Shown here: piece by piece, positions 59,152 to 64,000 of the stretch
Numbering within the stretch: the stretch's first letter is position 1
Layout: every line of letters starts with the position of its first letter
From: Akkermansiaceae bacterium
Lineage (GTDB): Bacteria; Verrucomicrobiota; Verrucomicrobiia; Verrucomicrobiales; Akkermansiaceae
Assembly: GCA_051251915.1 (NCBI GenBank)
Contig: JBPOGF010000013.1
Location: forward strand, 1 to 64,000
Direction: 5' to 3'
Length of the DNA: 64,000 nt
The notes under the pieces: model-generated
Databases searched by the model: none
Told to the model about the DNA's origin: nothing
What the model saw: only the letters and a program-made list of their open reading frames with translations
Program-made: the position numbers and the translations under genes

Positions 59152-60753
59152 ATGGAGCAGAGCTCACACCAGCACAATGACAAACCGCCAACCATCCGCA
59201 CCCAGCAACTACTGCTCGGTCTAGGTTTACTCATCGGCTTCCTCTGGCCCCTCTACCGCCTGCTAAACTCCACAGGCTGGATCCTAGACGACGAACTCGC
59301 ACACTTCATGCTCTCAAAAGCCGCCATCAACTGGCCAGAAGTCCTCTTAGACGAATGGGCCAGACCCGGGCGAAACATCATCCACAGCCTCATCGCCCCA
59401 ATCGGCCTCACAGCCACACGCATCTACACCCTCGTCCTCTCCACCCTCGCCGTCTTCATCTGCTACCGCGTCGCCATCCTCCTCAAAATCCGCCACGCCT
59501 GGAGCATCCCCATCCTACTCTGTTTCCAGCCATGGTACCCAGAACTCAGCTACCCTGTCCTCACCCAGGCCCCCTTCATGCTCGTCTGGATCCTCGCCAT
59601 CTACCTAGCTCTCACCGGCAGACTCCACCGCGCCGCATTCGCATTCGGCTACCTCTCCCTCATCCGACACGAAGGCCTATTCATCTCAGCCCTCTGGGGA
59701 CTCTGGATAATCTGCCAACCAAATGGAATCCTCCACGAACTACGACACAAAAAGCCCATCCCCAAACTCAAACAATCTCTCAAATACAGCCTTCTCCTAG
59801 GCCTCTCCACCATCCTCCCCATCCTCACCCTCAACCTCTGCGCCTACTTCACTCAGGGCCACGTCCCATTCGCCGTCTACTTCGATAGCCACCCCACAGA
59901 CATCTACGGCAACGGATCACTCTTCCACTACCTCCCCATGCTAAAAGACAACGTAGGCACCCTCATCATCCTAGTCTCCATCATCGCCCCCTACCTCATT
60001 CTCAAAAACAAACTCAAAAACTGGAGCCTCATCCTCCTCACCTACCCAGCCTACTTCATCCTCCACTCCATCATCTTCTGGAAAGGCTCATTCGCATCCG
60101 GCGGCTACTACCACTTCCTCATGCCCATGGCCCCCCTCTTCGCCCTCCTCGCAGCCTTTTCCCTAAGCTATATCACCGACAACTCACGCTACCCAAAATA
60201 CACAAAATACTACACCACCTTCTTCCTGCTCCTCATCATCTACAACGGCCTTCACATGGCCAACTACCAAAACATCCACCAAGACTGGAAAAACATCATG
60301 GCAGGCAAAGCCCACAAAAAAGAATCCCTCCTAGCCCCCACCGACAAAGCCTCCCCACACGCCAAACAACTCCAAACCGCCATCCAATACTCACAATCAA
60401 TACAATCTCAAAACCCCAAACACACCTCTAATCAAAACCCCATCACCCACTGCGCCGACGTCTACTTCTACTATCTAACAGACCAGCCCGACACCCACAC
60501 CTTCCGCACCGAAAGACTAGCCCCACTCTCCACCTTCCCCATCGGCTCCCGCTACATCTGGGAATCAAAATACGCCAACCTAGAACCCCGCACCAACCTA
60601 ACAGCATTCCAAAACAACCCAAACTGGCACCCCCTAAAAACCTGGACCAACACAGAAAACCACCCCACCATAATCCTCTTCCAAAAAACAACCAACAAGC
60701 CCCACAACGCAGACCTACCTCCACAACCAAAAGGAAAAAACCTCAGCTACTAA
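59152..60753 (+). CDS. Polytopic membrane protein, probable GT-C glycosyltransferase
   Basis: About 10 TM helices, ILDDELAH acidic pair in the first loop, LIRHEG. Confidence 0.65.
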   Translation: MEQSSHQHNDKPPTIRTQQLLLGLGLLIGFLWPLYRLLNSTGWILDDELAHFMLSKAAINWPEVLLDEWARPGRNIIHSLIAPIGLTATRIYTLVLSTLAVFICYRVAILLKIRHAWSIPILLCFQPWYPELSYPVLTQAPFMLVWILAIYLALTGRLHRAAFAFGYLSLIRHEGLFISALWGLWIICQPNGILHELRHKKPIPKLKQSLKYSLLLGLSTILPILTLNLCAYFTQGHVPFAVYFDSHPTDIYGNGSLFHYLPMLKDNVGTLIILVSIIAPYLILKNKLKNWSLILLTYPAYFILHSIIFWKGSFASGGYYHFLMPMAPLFALLAAFSLSYITDNSRYPKYTKYYTTFFLLLIIYNGLHMANYQNIHQDWKNIMAGKAHKKESLLAPTDKASPHAKQLQTAIQYSQSIQSQNPKHTSNQNPITHCADVYFYYLTDQPDTHTFRTERLAPLSTFPIGSRYIWESKYANLEPRTNLTAFQNNPNWHPLKTWTNTENHPTIILFQKTTNKPHNADLPPQPKGKNLSY

Positions 60754-60897
60754 CCCCAACACCCACTCCAATCTTAAGTTCCATCAACTAAGCTCCATCG
60801 TCCACCACCAATGACTATTGACTATTCAACCGATAACAGATCGCAGATCCCAAACACTTAAAACAACAAAAATTGCAATGACTCAACAACTCAAGCC

Positions 60898-63144
60898 TCA
60901 CTCCTTATTAACCGCCATCACAATTTTAATCACCCCATAACTCAACTTCTCCCCAGACGCCTCATAAATCGGCTTCAAAGCCGCCGCCCCATGCTCCTCT
61001 ATCAACTCCAAACAAAGTTTCTCCTCCGCCTCCGTCACATAGTCCCGCAACTCCAGCGCCTCCCCCTCCTCAAACAACCGCGCCACATGCCCCTCCACAG
61101 TAGATAAACCGACCCCCCGTTTATCCGATATCTCCTGCGCACTCATCCCCTCATGCAGCATCCCTAAAGTCGTCTTATAAGTCTCACTCAACCCCCGCTT
61201 AAGCTTCCCCCCACCAGAATTAGTACTAGCTTTCGCCACAGTCTTCAGCCCCTCTATCTCCACCTTCTCAGCCCTTACATCCGGATTCTCCCCTAAATAA
61301 TGCTCCACCCCAGCCCTAAACACCTCACCATACTTCTCCAGCTTCGCCGCACCCACCCCATGCAATCTCCCCATTACCTCCAAAGACTCCGGCATCACCG
61401 CAGCCATCTGCCGCAATGTCTTATCCGCAAAAACCACATACGGAGGCACCTCCGCCTTATCCGCCTCCACCTTCCTCAGTGACCTTAAATAATCAAACAA
61501 CCCCTCATGACAAACCTGCTCCTCATCACTCCCATAGCTGCCTGATCCACCAGACCTCCCGCCCATCTTCTCCGGCTCCACCCGCTGATCCACCTGCATC
61601 GAAAACTTACCCCCATTCTGCCCCTTCCCCATCATCAGATCCCACCCCGACTGAGTCATCCCCGGCACCGGAAACTGAGCCTTAGAAAGCACCAAATACT
61701 CCCCAGTCAACAACGCATCAATCACACTCCGCCAATATCCCTTCGGCTTATCCTTCCCCGCCCCATAAGTCTTCAACTCATCATGCCCAAACTGCTTAAT
61801 CTTCGCCGTCTTCGCCCCCACCACAATATCACACACCTGCACCGCACCAAACTTCCCATTCGTACGCGCCACCGCAGACAACACAATCTGCGCATCCCGC
61901 GTAGCATCCACCGCCGTAAATTCCCCCGAGCAGAAATCACACCCACCACAATTCCCCTCAACATAGCGCTCATTAAAATACCCCAACAACGCCCTCCGCC
62001 TACACTGCGGCACCGCCGCAAACCGATCCATCGCCCGCAACAACCCACGAGTTCGCTCCCGCTCCACCTCGTCCCCAATATCCTCAATAAACCGCGTCAA
62101 TTTCACCACATCACCAGAACCATGTAACAACAAACAACTACTCTTCTCCCCATCTCTCCCAGCCCTACCAGTCTCCTGATAATACCCCTCCAAATTCTTA
62201 GGCAGATCCACATGCACCACAAACCTCACATCCGCCTTATCGATCCCCATCCCAAACGCCACCGTCGCCACAATCACATCACAATCATCCCTTATAAATC
62301 CCTCCTGAGCCTTCGCCCGCACATCCGCATCCATTCCCGCATGATACCCACGCGCATTCACCCCATTCCTCTTCAGCAGATCCACTGTCTGCTCCACACT
62401 CTTCCGCGTCGTCCTATAAACCACCCCACTCTGCCCCTTCCGCTCACTCACATAATCCACCAACTGCCGCTCCCAGTCCTTCTTCGTCCGCACCTCATAA
62501 AATAAATTCTTCCTGTCAAAAGAAGCCCGCACCTTCACCGCACCCTCCAGCTCCAATCGCTTCTCAATATCCGCCGCCACCTTCTCCGTCGCCGTCGCCG
62601 TATATGCCACCACAGGAACCCCTGGAAAAATCAACTTCAACCGACTCAAAAACATATAATCCGGCCTAAAATCATGCCCCCACTCAGAAATACAATGCGC
62701 CTCATCAATCGCAAAAAAGCTCGGTCTACCCTCAGCACAACTCCTTAACAACTCCACAAATCCACCATTCACCCCACCAGCCCCAAACCTTTCCGGCGCC
62801 ACATACAATAAATCCAACTTCCCATTCCTATAAGCCTCCTCAACCTCACGCATCTCCATCGGGTCCAAAGTACTATTCAAAAACGCCGCCCGTATCCCAT
62901 TCCCCCGCGCCGCATCCACCTGATCCTTCATCAACGCTATCAATGGACTCACCACCACACAACAACCATCCAGCACCACCGCCGGCAACTGATAACACAA
63001 AGACTTACCCCCACCAGTAGGCATCACCCCAAACACATCCTTACCCTCCAGCACCCCCCTTACCAACTTCTCCTGGTTCGGCCTAAACTCAGAAAATCCA
63101 AACACATCCTTCAAAGTCTTCTCCACTGTCATTGTCGCACTCAT
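60898..63144 (-). CDS. recQ: ATP-dependent DNA helicase RecQ
   Basis: MPTGGGKSLCYQLP, IDEAHCISEWGHDFR, QETGRAGRDG, RQC and HRDC domains, C-terminal HTH. Confidence 0.98.
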   Translation of the reverse strand: MSATMTVEKTLKDVFGFSEFRPNQEKLVRGVLEGKDVFGVMPTGGGKSLCYQLPAVVLDGCCVVVSPLIALMKDQVDAARGNGIRAAFLNSTLDPMEMREVEEAYRNGKLDLLYVAPERFGAGGVNGGFVELLRSCAEGRPSFFAIDEAHCISEWGHDFRPDYMFLSRLKLIFPGVPVVAYTATATEKVAADIEKRLELEGAVKVRASFDRKNLFYEVRTKKDWERQLVDYVSERKGQSGVVYRTTRKSVEQTVDLLKRNGVNARGYHAGMDADVRAKAQEGFIRDDCDVIVATVAFGMGIDKADVRFVVHVDLPKNLEGYYQETGRAGRDGEKSSCLLLHGSGDVVKLTRFIEDIGDEVERERTRGLLRAMDRFAAVPQCRRRALLGYFNERYVEGNCGGCDFCSGEFTAVDATRDAQIVLSAVARTNGKFGAVQVCDIVVGAKTAKIKQFGHDELKTYGAGKDKPKGYWRSVIDALLTGEYLVLSKAQFPVPGMTQSGWDLMMGKGQNGGKFSMQVDQRVEPEKMGGRSGGSGSYGSDEEQVCHEGLFDYLRSLRKVEADKAEVPPYVVFADKTLRQMAAVMPESLEVMGRLHGVGAAKLEKYGEVFRAGVEHYLGENPDVRAEKVEIEGLKTVAKASTNSGGGKLKRGLSETYKTTLGMLHEGMSAQEISDKRGVGLSTVEGHVARLFEEGEALELRDYVTEAEEKLCLELIEEHGAAALKPIYEASGEKLSYGVIKIVMAVNKE

Positions 63145-63409
63145 ACTAAAAGTGTTAACATGAACACCATTTCAAATCAATAAAAAATTGTAAAATAAAT
63201 CCGCAAATTCTATCACATAAATCAACTTTAAACCCATATAAATAATCAACTAAACCTTCCTAATAATCTAAAAAACATCACCCAATACCGCTCCAGACCA
63301 ACACAAAACCCACCAACTTTTTAAAATTCGAACCATTGAAAAACAATACATCATCACTCGCAAAATTCTGTCTTTTCACTCCCATAAATTTGCTAAGAAT
63401 CACAGCCGT

Positions 63410-64000
63410 ATGACATCACAAACTATCAACCCTTCAGCCGCTTCATCCCCCACACCACCAGCACTAGACTTCACCGCCAAGATAGCCAAAGAACTCGGCA
63501 TCCGCGACATCCAAGTAGCAGCCACCGCCAAGCTCCTCGCAGAAGGCGCCACCGTCCCATTCATCTCCCGCTACCGAAAAGAAGCCACCGGCCTCCTAGA
63601 CGAAATCGCCATCACAGCCATCCGCGACCGCATGCAGCAGCTCGGCGACCTAGAACGCCGCCGCACCGCCATCATCAAAAGCCTCGATGAACGCAAACTC
63701 CTCACCCCAGACCTCAAAAAGAAAGTCCTCGCCGCCGAGACCATGACCCGCCTAGAAGACGTCTTCGCCCCCTTCAGACCAAAACGCCGCACCCGCGCCA
63801 CCATGGCCATCGAACGCGGCCTAGAACCCCTAGCCGACCTCATCTGGGAAAATATAACCGACCCACAAACCACCCTCAAACAATACATCGTCATCAGCGA
63901 CGACAAAGACAAAGCCGTCCCAGACGAAGCCGCAGCCCTAGCCGGCGCACGCGACATCCTCGCCGAGCGCTGCGCAGACGACGCAGAAGCAAAATCCGAC
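63410..64000 (+). CDS. tex: Tex family RNA-binding transcription accessory protein (5' part, runs off the window)
   Basis: Not in ORF track. ATG at 63410; LLAEGATVPFISRYRKEATG, LEDVFAPFRPKRRTRATMAIERGLEPLA. Confidence 0.93.
   Translation, partial: MTSQTINPSAASSPTPPALDFTAKIAKELGIRDIQVAATAKLLAEGATVPFISRYRKEATGLLDEIAITAIRDRMQQLGDLERRRTAIIKSLDERKLLTPDLKKKVLAAETMTRLEDVFAPFRPKRRTRATMAIERGLEPLADLIWENITDPQTTLKQYIVISDDKDKAVPDEAAALAGARDILAERCADDAEAKSD

Noticed and set aside
54280..63957. Many overlapping alternative-frame ORFs rich in Pro/His/Arg or Gly/Val/Trp (e.g. 55601-56032, 59355-59888, 63571-63957)
   Set aside because: By-products of the strong C/A skew, which depletes stop codons; they overlap well-supported genes and carry no motifs

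Overview
A 64 kb chromosomal window from a bacterium, most likely a marine Verrucomicrobiota (Rubritalea-like). This is inferred from the PEP-CTERM protein, a Rhodopirellula/Verrucomicrobium-type ECF sigma with a FecR-LamG anti-sigma, a sulfatase, DUF1080 and SHD1 proteins. Most of it is housekeeping (def, mnmE, hisC, kdsB, pyrG, dtd, rarA, rsfS, tRNA-Ala, guaBA, obgE, hisG, tatD, miaA, recQ, tex). Accessory modules are: (1) an ECF sigma/anti-sigma/PEP-CTERM unit with a shared promoter motif, next to a secreted-protein gene apparently cut by an IS4-like end; (2) an exported Ni-superoxide dismutase followed by a His-tipped YdjY-like protein and an exported prenyltransferase-repeat barrel; (3) an unexplained coupled triad of cupin, Zn-ribbon/membrane/Toprim-like protein and glutaminase-dead asparagine-synthetase-like ligase, the best candidate for an undescribed system; (4) a mannitol uptake and catabolism cluster; (5) a 1.5 kb islet bounded by a decayed duplication of the guaA 3' end. 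The + strand shows an extreme but patchy C-over-G skew regardless of gene direction. All calls come from reading the sequence; no database searches were run.
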